A DNA stretch of 15,846 nt from Archangium sp. (lineage in GTDB: Bacteria > Myxococcota > Myxococcia > Myxococcales > Myxococcaceae). The position numbers and the translations under genes were made by a program. Numbering within the stretch: position 1 is the first letter of the stretch; every line of letters starts with the position of its first letter. Under the pieces are notes generated by a model that saw only the letters and a program-made list of their open reading frames with translations, was not told the DNA's origin and made no database searches. This document shows positions 5,752 to 13,842 of the stretch, one piece after another. The stretch lies in NCBI GenBank assembly GCA_031367385.1, contig JANLPS010000508.1:1-15846 (forward strand), given 5' to 3'.

Positions 5752-8700
5752 TCGAGCTCGATGATTCGGGTTTCATTGTAGGCGGTCGAGAACAGACGTG
5801 AGCCGCGCACGCTGATCGCGCGTCGCGCTGGCTTGACGCTCGGGCCGTAGGCGGCCTCGATGGTCGCGTAGCCGCTCACCGCGTACACCGGGCCTCCAAT
5901 CACCGACACCACGACGGGCGTGAGCGGGGCGAGCACATCGAGGGCCCTGATGTTGTAGCCGAAGCGGTCAGCCTCGAAGAGGTAGCTCCCATAGGTGGCG
6001 ACGGCGTCCATCGGGGTGGTGGCAAGGGTGGTGACCCGAGCGGGTGACGCCGGCAGCGTGGTGAGTGGGTTCTCGTCCATCACCTCTTTGATGTCGACGA
6101 TGGTGAGCCCTCCGATCGTCGCTGCGTAGAGCCAGCCTCCGCGAACCGCGGTCTGGTGAACCGCGGTGACCAGCAGGCTCGCCAACACCGAGGCCGTGCC
6201 CACCGCGCTGTCATCGACCATCGGCCGAATGTCGACCACGTAGAGGCCGGTCGCCGGAGGAGGGGTCAAGAAGGCGTGGTCGTCGATGCCGATGATCGCG
6301 CGGCCATCGACGACGGTGATGGTGGCCCACATCGAGTTGGTGGTGGTGATGGCCGCCACCTGAAAGCTGCCCTTCGACTGGGTGTTGATGTCGAACGTAC
6401 CGGCCTGGGGGTTTCGCAGCCTTCGGGCGTCGAAGACCTCGATCCAGATGCCGTCGCTCCGCACTTCGCTGGCGAACAAGAAGTTGCCGTACGCGGCCAG
6501 GCCGGTGGCCCTGCGGGTGGTGTCGGTGAAGATCGTGCTCGGCCCATCGGCCAGCGACCAGTTGGTGGAGGGGTCGCGATCGGTCTGCTTCGCGGCGTCG
6601 AAGAGCATGAAGCCCTGCCCCTGTGCCGAGACCACCATGTTCTCGTAGCGCGCCATGTCGTACGCCCAGACATCGACGTTGGCGGCGGGGTAGTGCAGGG
6701 CGGGGGAGATCGGCGCGAGGCTCGAGCTGCGATGCAGGTCGTAGGTCACGCCGTTGCCGGTGAAGAGCAGGCCCGGGCTCACGTCGTTGGTCTGCGATGC
6801 GGCGCCGCTCGCGACGCTGCTGACTTCATGCATCGAACGCGGGGTGGCGGTCTCGAAGAACTGCACCAGGCCGTACCCGCCCACCACCACGTAGTTGCCA
6901 TACATGACCGGCGTTCGCAGCGAGGCGGTCGAGAGGTACGACGCTTCAGACACGCCGGCGCTGTTCGACATGTCGAGCACCCGCATCGCGCTGCCGTTGC
7001 GGTCGACCACCACGCCTTCGGAGCCCTGAATGTCGAAGGCGCCGCCGCCGGCTGACGAGAGCTGCGTCACCAGGTCGGTCGTCGAGATGCCAGGCCCAGC
7101 GGTGGTGCTGCCCCAGAGCTTCTTCAAGTTGAAGACCGAAAACTGAACGTCGTCGGAGGTGTAGAGGTAATTGCCCGAGGTCAGCTGCTTTCGGTACAGC
7201 ACCTGGCCACTCAGATAATCGCCAGTGACCGCGATGTAGTTGGCCGCGGTGCTGAAGGTGGGGGCCGCGCCGAGCGCCGAGGTCAGCAGGTACGAGAGGT
7301 TCTCACCGCCGTTGTTGGTGAATTGCACCATGCGATCTCGGCTGATGTTCATGCCCGAGACCCACATGGCGTCCACGTCCATCGCGGGGGTCACGGTGAC
7401 GGTGCCGATGATGTCGGCCGCAGTCGGCACGGTCGTCGAGTCGGCGTCGTAGAGGTTCTTCAGGTTCAACGCGACCACGCTGGGCGTCGCGCTGATGAAG
7501 AGCCGGTCGCCGATCAGCGCGAGCTGCTGCACGAACGACACGCCGACGTCGATGGTGGTGGTGAGCGCCGGCACGCCGGGGTTGGCCAGCGAGAAGATGC
7601 GCACCTTCGAGCCCGAGCCCATGAAGAGCCACTGACCATCGGCCACCAGGTCGACCATCACCGGCTGTGACGAGCTGCAGCCAAGGCTGTCGGCGAACTG
7701 CGTCGGGCCCGCCGTTACCGTGGGCACGCCGGGTGACGCCACGATGTGCCCCAGGCTCAAGGCCGAGGTCAGCACCGACAGGTCGAGCGCGGTGAGCGTG
7801 CTCTGGCCGACCACGCAGCCGTTGTTGGTGTGCCCGGCGAGGTAGGCGCGGTGACCGACGATCACCACCGCATCGTTGATGCCCGCGGTGGATATGGCCA
7901 GCTGGGCGACGCGGTTGAGCGAAACCTCGTTCGGCTCGAGTATGGCTTGGCGGTTCGGGAGATCGGTGTTGACCGCCGGAGCGCTGCTCTCGTTGCCCGC
8001 CGCGTCGAGCGCGGTCACGGTGACGTACGAGACCGACGAGTTGGTCAGGCCGGTCAAGGCGAGCGCTTGGTCAGCGGCTCCGGTTGACGGCACCAGAATC
8101 GGCGACGGGCCCTCGACCGCGTTCGAGCCGGTGAAATCAATCGGCGGGGTGACGCTGGTGGTGCCCTGCGTCGGCCCGTAGTGCACCCGGTAGTTGGTGA
8201 CGTCGGTGCTCGGGCTGGCTTGCCAATACACGGTGGAGCGGCTGCTCGCGTTGTCGACCCACTGGCCCTTCATCACCGGTGGGCTCGGGCGGGTGTTGTC
8301 CCAGCTGATGGTGACCGTGTCTTCGGTCGACACGTTGCCGGCTTTGTCGACCGCGCGCAGCCGCAGGGTGTTCGAGCGGTCTGCTTGCAGCGAGTAGGTG
8401 AAGCTCGTCGAGGTTCGGTTGGTGTCGCTGCCGCCGTTCGTCGTCCACACGGCGTAGTTGCCGCCGGCGCGCTCGTAACGTTGAAAGTTGAGCTCGGTGA
8501 CACCTGGAGCCGTGGTGTTCACGGTGAACGCCGGCAGCCCGCCCGAGGAGGCCTGTGCGATGTTGAAGCCCCTCGGGGTGGTCGTGATGACTGGCGCGGT
8601 GGGCGGCGTGGTGTCGAGGGTCACGCTCAGTGGAGCGAGCGAGCCTGATGGGTTGCCCGCGGCATCGTAGAGCTGCACGCAGAGCGTCTTCGGGCCGTCG

Positions 8701-11700
8701 CCGCCCAACAGGCTGAAGGTGAACGAGGTCAGCACGCCGCGAATCAGTGCTGCGCTGAAGACCGACGCGGGGCAGGTGACCCCTGGAGACTGAGCGACCT
8801 GGCCACCGACGGCATCGCTGGGCACTCCGGCCAGCTCGAACCCCGCCAATGCGTCGTTGACGAAGCCCGCCTGCGCGCCCACCGAAGGCACTGAAGTCAA
8901 GGTGACTCCAGTGAGCGAGGGCGGCGTCAAGTCGATGGTGACGGAGTCGTACACGGCCGTGGTCTCATTGCCGACGTCATCGCGAAACTTGGCGAAGATG
9001 GTGCGCTGGCCGGTGCCGCTAAAGGTGAACGCCGTGACCGCGATTGGCGACCACGCGGGGAAGACCGAGGTGTCTTCGGTGATGGCCCACTCGACCGCGT
9101 TCACCGCCGACCCGCTGATGAAGCCGACGTTGCCACCGCGGGTGACGGTCTGCGCCAAGTTGATGTACTGGTTGTGGCCGTCGATCGATACGTTCGGGCC
9201 AACCGGTGCGGTGGTGTCGAGCACGATGCCAGCGGGGGTCAGCGGCGCGACGTTGCGTGCCACGTCGCGCACGCAGCCGACGATGGGGCGGGCCCCGTCA
9301 GCACCGCCGAGCACCAGGCTGGCGGTGGTGGTGAAGGGCACCCATGAGAGCGAGCTGCTGCTGCACGTGACCGCGCCTTCGAGCACGGCCATCTCGGTCG
9401 CTCCCGCACAGGCCGAGACCGTGACGGTGATTTGCCGAACGCCTGTCTTGCCAACGGGTGCGGCGGTGACGCCGTCGGTCTTCTTGCCCGCCGCGCCCAG
9501 CGAGCAGCCGGTGGGCGCGGTGGTGTCGAGAATGATGCTCTGGGTGAGCAGCGCCTGGGTGTTGGTGGCGTCGTCGCGCAGGCAGAGAGTGACGATGCCG
9601 TTGGCAGGCAAGGTCTGGTTGGCGAGCACGGTCGCGACCAGCGGTGAGTACCCGGTGGTTGGGCAGCTGGTCATCGTGCTGTCGCTCAACCGAAATTGGG
9701 TCGCGCCTCCGGCGGCGATGGTGATGGTGACCACGTTGGTCGAAGTCGCGGTGCTCGACGGGGTGCCATCGGCGAGCGCTCCGGTGATGGTGAAGCTGCC
9801 GGTGGGCAGCTGGGTGTCGAGGGTGACTTGGGTCGAGGCCACCGAGTCGTTGCCGGCCTTGTCGCGAAAGCGGGCGTAGATGGTGCGGGCGCCGTCGCCA
9901 GCCGAGAGGGTGAAGGGCGACTGACCCGAGACGGGAAAGACCGAGGGCCCGACGCTGGCCGAGCCGGTGAAGCTCGACTCGTCGCTCAGAGTCAGGGCCT
10001 GCGTCGACGAGAGGTCGGCGGGGTTGGTGGTGAGCTGCAGAGTGACCACCGCGGAGTTGGTGATCGCCGGAGTGATCAACGAGATCGCAGCGGGGGTCGG
10101 CGGGGTGACGTCGTAGGTGACGGTGCTCAACGCGTCGGTCGACTCGTTACCGGCGATGTCGCGAAAGCGTGCGTACACCGTCTTCAGGCCCTCGCTTTGC
10201 GGGTTCAAGAACCAGCCGGTGGCGCTGCTGGCGGTTTGGTAGACGGCAGAGTCGAGGTCGCTGGGCGAGTTGGCGAGCTTCACGAGCACCGCGCTGCCAC
10301 CCACGCCATCTGAGAAGGTCTCGGTGATGTTGACGAGCGGGCTGCTGGTGTACCCGTCGTCGGTCGCCTTGGTGCCTCGCGCGATGGTGATGTTGCCGGT
10401 CGGCTTGGCGACGTCGACGGTGATGGTGTCGGTGCCAGCGGTGCTCAGATTGCCGGCGAGATCGCTGACTTGCACGTAGACGGCTTGCGCGCCGTCGGTG
10501 GTGACCGAGCGGGTGAGCACCGCGTCGACCTGGTAGCTCTGCGCGGCGCTGCCGGGGCCTACGACCTTGCCGGTGCCGTCGACCGCTTCGCCCACTGCCA
10601 TCTTCGAGACGCCCGAGCCGCCGGTACCGTCGCCCGCTTGCACTTTGAGGCGCAGGCTCTGTGAGACGTTGGTGTACTTGGTCATGCCCGAGACGCCGGT
10701 GGCCTCGAAGTCGACTTGGGTGACGACCGGCGCGATGGTGTCGAGCACCACGTTCGAGGTGAAGCCTTGGCTGACCTGGCCGCTGGTGTCTTGGTACTGC
10801 GCGTAGACGGTGTGCACGCCTTCGCCGGGGCTCAAGGTGAAGCGCTGGTGGCTGCCGGTGTAGGGCAAGAACACGCCACCATCGAACGAGCCGTCTTCGC
10901 TGGCGCGGTACGAGGTCACTCCGGTGGAGGGGAACTTGTCGAAGTCGAGGGTGACTGCGCGGGTGCGGGTGTAGCCGTAGACGTTGGTCGCGTCGCCGTC
11001 GTCGATCAGAAAGTCGCCTTGCAGTCGGGCCAGCGTGAGGGTGCCGGTGTCGGCGGGGGCGTCGGTCGTGAGCGTGACCATCGCTGAAGAGGTCGAGTAC
11101 TGATCTTTGCGGGCCGTCACCGTCCATTGCCCGACGGGTACGGCGGTGATGATGAACACGCCTTGCGAAGGGTCGGTCGAATCGGGAGCAACCAGCGCGG
11201 CGTAGCGGGTGCCGCTGACCTCGACGCGGGCTCCGGTGGCGGGGGCACGGTCGGCCATGATGACCGTGCCGATGATGTTGCCGCGGTCGATGAGCAGGGA
11301 GATCTTGTCGAGCGTCGAGGTGTTGCCGGCGGTGAGGGTGATCGGGTGGCTCGGCTGGCCGTCGTGGAGACCCGCCTTGCCGGCGCGAACCTGGTGCACG
11401 CCCGCGGGCAGGCCCGTGAGCTGAAAGTGACCGGTCGCGTCGACGGTGGTGGTCTGGCCGGTCTCGATGGTGATGAGCGCTCCGCTCGAGGCGACCGCGG
11501 CGGCGCCGTCTCGCTCTTCGAAGACCGTGCCGTTGAGCGTGGCGGGGTTGACGTCGAGCACCAGCGGGGCTTTCGAGATGTCTTTGTTCTCGGCGGGCTT
11601 CAGCACGACCGGCTCGCTGACGAAGGTGACGTAGGCGGGGTTGGTGGCGCGCAGCAAGAAGGTGCCCGGGGGCAGCCGCGCGACGAAGGCGCCATCGGCG

Positions 11701-12164
11701 CTGACGGTGACCTGCGCGATGGGCGTGGTGCCGAGCATGAACTCGACCTTGGTGCCGGTGACGTCGCCGCCGCTGGTCGAGGTGACGAGGCCCGTGAGGG
11801 TCGCCTCTTGCGGCGTATTCTGCAGCCAGTCGGGGGTGAGCACGCCGAGGTCGGTGTCTTGGCCTCCCTTGACGCGCACGATGCCCGAGCTGAACTTCGC
11901 AAACCCGGGTATGGCGAGGGCGACGGTGTAGATGCCGGGGGGGAGATCGGTGAAGACGAAGGAGCCCGTGGCGGTGGTGGTCTGGTTGAGCTGGGCGCCA
12001 TCAGCGCCAGCGAGGTCGACGCGTTGGCCTTCGAGGGGCACGTGCTTGCCGGTGTCGACACTGCCGACGATGCGGCCCCGGCTCGGCGCCTCGGGTATCG
12101 AGAGGTCGAACGAGCACCCGGCGAACGACAGTGACGCAACGAACAACGCGAGACGTAGCCGCAC
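5748..12164 (-). CDS. Giant multidomain lipoprotein (2138 aa): ~4 carboxypeptidase-regulatory-like beta-sandwiches, ~10 Ig-like/FN3 repeats, C-terminal LVIVD-type beta-propeller region
   Basis: GTG start with AAGGGGG upstream; lipobox SFAG-C. CarboxypepD_reg-like units (TTTATGSFVFTDLPPGIYTV; DATGHFQLTGLPAGVHQV). Repeated 'GxxTVYAxFRDxAGNxS...DTTAP' units and an FN3-like WQASPSTDVTNYRVHYG. C-terminal blades such as AVRGGWLYAATIGGLTIVDI. Thr/Ser/Gly/Ala-rich. Confidence 0.9.
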   Translation of the reverse strand: MRLRLALFVASLSFAGCSFDLSIPEAPSRGRIVGSVDTGKHVPLEGQRVDLAGADGAQLNQTTTATGSFVFTDLPPGIYTVALAIPGFAKFSSGIVRVKGGQDTDLGVLTPDWLQNTPQEATLTGLVTSTSGGDVTGTKVEFMLGTTPIAQVTVSADGAFVARLPPGTFLLRATNPAYVTFVSEPVVLKPAENKDISKAPLVLDVNPATLNGTVFEERDGAAAVASSGALITIETGQTTTVDATGHFQLTGLPAGVHQVRAGKAGLHDGQPSHPITLTAGNTSTLDKISLLIDRGNIIGTVIMADRAPATGARVEVSGTRYAALVAPDSTDPSQGVFIITAVPVGQWTVTARKDQYSTSSAMVTLTTDAPADTGTLTLARLQGDFLIDDGDATNVYGYTRTRAVTLDFDKFPSTGVTSYRASEDGSFDGGVFLPYTGSHQRFTLSPGEGVHTVYAQYQDTSGQVSQGFTSNVVLDTIAPVVTQVDFEATGVSGMTKYTNVSQSLRLKVQAGDGTGGSGVSKMAVGEAVDGTGKVVGPGSAAQSYQVDAVLTRSVTTDGAQAVYVQVSDLAGNLSTAGTDTITVDVAKPTGNITIARGTKATDDGYTSSPLVNITETFSDGVGGSAVLVKLANSPSDLDSAVYQTASSATGWFLNPQSEGLKTVYARFRDIAGNESTDALSTVTYDVTPPTPAAISLITPAITNSAVVTLQLTTNPADLSSTQALTLSDESSFTGSASVGPSVFPVSGQSPFTLSAGDGARTIYARFRDKAGNDSVASTQVTLDTQLPTGSFTITGALADGTPSSTATSTNVVTITIAAGGATQFRLSDSTMTSCPTTGYSPLVATVLANQTLPANGIVTLCLRDDATNTQALLTQSIILDTTAPTGCSLGAAGKKTDGVTAAPVGKTGVRQITVTVSACAGATEMAVLEGAVTCSSSSLSWVPFTTTASLVLGGADGARPIVGCVRDVARNVAPLTPAGIVLDTTAPVGPNVSIDGHNQYINLAQTVTRGGNVGFISGSAVNAVEWAITEDTSVFPAWSPIAVTAFTFSGTGQRTIFAKFRDDVGNETTAVYDSVTIDLTPPSLTGVTLTSVPSVGAQAGFVNDALAGFELAGVPSDAVGGQVAQSPGVTCPASVFSAALIRGVLTSFTFSLLGGDGPKTLCVQLYDAAGNPSGSLAPLSVTLDTTPPTAPVITTTPRGFNIAQASSGGLPAFTVNTTAPGVTELNFQRYERAGGNYAVWTTNGGSDTNRTSTSFTYSLQADRSNTLRLRAVDKAGNVSTEDTVTISWDNTRPSPPVMKGQWVDNASSRSTVYWQASPSTDVTNYRVHYGPTQGTTSVTPPIDFTGSNAVEGPSPILVPSTGAADQALALTGLTNSSVSYVTVTALDAAGNESSAPAVNTDLPNRQAILEPNEVSLNRVAQLAISTAGINDAVVIVGHRAYLAGHTNNGCVVGQSTLTALDLSVLTSALSLGHIVASPGVPTVTAGPTQFADSLGCSSSQPVMVDLVADGQWLFMGSGSKVRIFSLANPGVPALTTTIDVGVSFVQQLALIGDRLFISATPSVVALNLKNLYDADSTTVPTAADIIGTVTVTPAMDVDAMWVSGMNISRDRMVQFTNNGGENLSYLLTSALGAAPTFSTAANYIAVTGDYLSGQVLYRKQLTSGNYLYTSDDVQFSVFNLKKLWGSTTAGPGISTTDLVTQLSSAGGGAFDIQGSEGVVVDRNGSAMRVLDMSNSAGVSEASYLSTASLRTPVMYGNYVVVGGYGLVQFFETATPRSMHEVSSVASGAASQTNDVSPGLLFTGNGVTYDLHRSSSLAPISPALHYPAANVDVWAYDMARYENMVVSAQGQGFMLFDAAKQTDRDPSTNWSLADGPSTIFTDTTRRATGLAAYGNFLFASEVRSDGIWIEVFDARRLRNPQAGTFDINTQSKGSFQVAAITTTNSMWATITVVDGRAIIGIDDHAFLTPPPATGLYVVDIRPMVDDSAVGTASVLASLLVTAVHQTAVRGGWLYAATIGGLTIVDIKEVMDENPLTTLPASPARVTTLATTPMDAVATYGSYLFEADRFGYNIRALDVLAPLTPVVVSVIGGPVYAVSGYATIEAAYGPSVKPARRAISVRGSRLFSTAYNETRIIELE

Positions 12165-12264
12165 GGGGCCCCCTTGATTGAGGCGGGACTGTGCGGGTCT
12201 TGGGCGCGTTTCAGAAGACCCAAATCACCTGCTTGGGCCTACATGTGGGTACCTCGGAGCCGAG

Positions 12265-12744
12265 TTACGGCGCAGGAGGCTCGGGGTCGTCGGTTTTGAG
12301 AAAGCGGCGCTCGATGGCTCTTTCGAACGGGCCGCCCGCGATCAACACCAGCAGCACGGCGGTGACGCCAAGGCCGACGAGCACCAGGTGACCTGCGCCG
12401 CATGCCATGCCGAGCACGGCCGAGACCCAGAGCGAGGCGGCGGTGGTGAGGCCTTGCACCCGCTTGTGACGCTCATGGTGAATGATCACTCCGGCGCCCA
12501 AGAAACCGATGCCGGTCAGCAGGCCCTGCATCACCCGCGCGGCCGCGTCGACATTGAGCGGGCTCATGGTGATTGGCACGAGCACCGCCAACGCGCTGCC
12601 GACGCTGACCAGTGCGTGGGTGCGCAGACCGGCGGCCTTGTGGCGCAGATCGCGGTTGATGCCGAGAGCCGAGCCGACCAGCAGCGCGCTCCCCAGCCGA
12701 AGAATGAGCTGGAGCATATCGAGGGCAGTGGGGTCGGGAGTCAC
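12265..12744 (-). CDS. MgtC/SapB-family membrane protein, short form (~159 aa)
   Basis: Signature motifs AAGLRTHALV, ARVMQGLLTGIGFLGAGVI and VQGLTTAASLW...GMACGAG. Lacks the C-terminal ACT-like domain. GTG 12744 is preferred over ATG 12768. Confidence 0.93.
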   Translation of the reverse strand: MTPDPTALDMLQLILRLGSALLVGSALGINRDLRHKAAGLRTHALVSVGSALAVLVPITMSPLNVDAAARVMQGLLTGIGFLGAGVIIHHERHKRVQGLTTAASLWVSAVLGMACGAGHLVLVGLGVTAVLLVLIAGGPFERAIERRFLKTDDPEPPAP

Positions 12745-12750
12745 GCGACG

Positions 12751-12759
12751 ACCGTAGCA
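12751..12759 (-). promoter_or_regulatory. Putative extended -10 promoter (TGnTAnnnT), leaderless
   Basis: Minus strand reads TGcTACGGT-cgtcgc-GTG: the -10 hexamer is 6 nt before the GTG at 12744; no Shine-Dalgarno. Confidence 0.4.
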
Positions 12760-12816
12760 CCCGTTCATCTTCAGGCACTCGAAGGACCCAGTCGGGCCAG
12801 GTGCACAGGCGTGGCC

Positions 12817-13842
12817 TCAGTGGTCCTTCGACTTCGGCCTTCGGCCTTCGCTCAGGGTGAACGCGTTGATCAGCTCTTCTGCGGCCAACGGTGCGGTTGT
12901 TTTTCCCTCTGTGACCTCGGTCTCGAGCCTCGCCAGGTGCTTCGCCACTTCTGGGTGCGCGCGAAACGCCCGTTCGAGCCGGTCACCAATGAGCGACCAC
13001 AGCCAGGCCCGCTGCTGCTCAGCCCGCATCGTCTGAAGCTCACCCGATGCCTCGAACTGCTTGCGATGGTGCTCGACCACCGCCCACAGCGCGTCGAGAC
13101 CTTGGCCGGTCTGGCCCGAAATCGCCAACGCCTGCGGCTCCCAGCTGGGTCGCTTGCGCGGCAGGTACCGCAGCGCCGCTTTCAAGTCACCAAGGGCGAC
13201 CCGGGCCTTGGCCGCTCCGTCGCCGTCAGCCTTGTTCACGGCGATGGCGTCGGCGAGCTCCAGCACGCCCTTCTTGATGCCCTGCAGCTCGTCACCGGCG
13301 CCGGGCAGGGTGAGCACCAGAAAGAAGTCGACCATCTCACTGACCGCGGTCTCGCCTTGGCCGACCCCGACCGTCTCAACCAGCACCACGTCGAACCCAG
13401 CGGCTTCGCTGAGCAGAATGGCCTCGCGGGTGCGGCGGGCGATGCCTCCGGCTGACAGGCCGCTCGGTGAAGGGCGAATGAACGCGTGCGGCTCAACCGA
13501 GAGCCGCGCCATGCGGGTCTTGTCGCCGAGAATCGAGCCGCCAGAGATCGAGCTCGACGGGTCGATCGCCAGCACCGCCACGCGCTTGCCTTGCCGCAGC
13601 AGCCGCATGCCGAGCTCGTCGATGAACGTGCTCTTGCCCACGCCGGGTACGCCGGTGATGCCCACGCGAAGCCCGGTTCGCGCGGTCGCCAGGAGCCTGG
13701 TCAACAACGTCTGCGCCAACGCCTCGTCAGCCTCATCACGGCTCTCGATCAAGGTGATCGCCTGCGCGAAGATCGCTCGATCTTGCGTGCGCACGCCGCG
13801 TTCGTAGTCGTCGACCGAGAGGCGAGGCAGCCTTCGGCTCAT
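12817..13842 (-). CDS. meaB: Methylmalonyl-CoA mutase-associated GTPase MeaB (ArgK/MMAA family), 341 aa
   Basis: Walker [13 protein letters not shown]; motifs VLAIDPSS...[37 protein letters not shown] and NKAD. ATGA overlap with the mutase gene. Confidence 0.97.
   Translation of the reverse strand: MSRRLPRLSVDDYERGVRTQDRAIFAQAITLIESRDEADEALAQTLLTRLLATARTGLRVGITGVPGVGKSTFIDELGMRLLRQGKRVAVLAIDPSSSISGGSILGDKTRMARLSVEPHAFIRPSPSGLSAGGIARRTREAILLSEAAGFDVVLVETVGVGQGETAVSEMVDFFLVLTLPGAGDELQGIKKGVLELADAIAVNKADGDGAAKARVALGDLKAALRYLPRKRPSWEPQALAISGQTGQGLDALWAVVEHHRKQFEASGELQTMRAEQQRAWLWSLIGDRLERAFRAHPEVAKHLARLETEVTEGKTTAPLAAEELINAFTLSEGRRPKSKDH

Noticed and set aside
12195..12221. Inverted repeat GGGTCTT-N13-AAGACCC between the MgtC and lipoprotein genes
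   Set aside because: Only 7-bp arms and no U-tract on the coding strand; cannot be called a terminator or operator.
6156..12223. Many 100-340-aa ORFs overlapping the giant lipoprotein gene
   Set aside because: Alternative-frame or antisense shadows with Arg/Pro/Gly-rich or mirror-codon composition.
12178..13455. 425-aa plus-strand ORF
   Set aside because: Antisense to the clearly identified MgtC and meaB genes.
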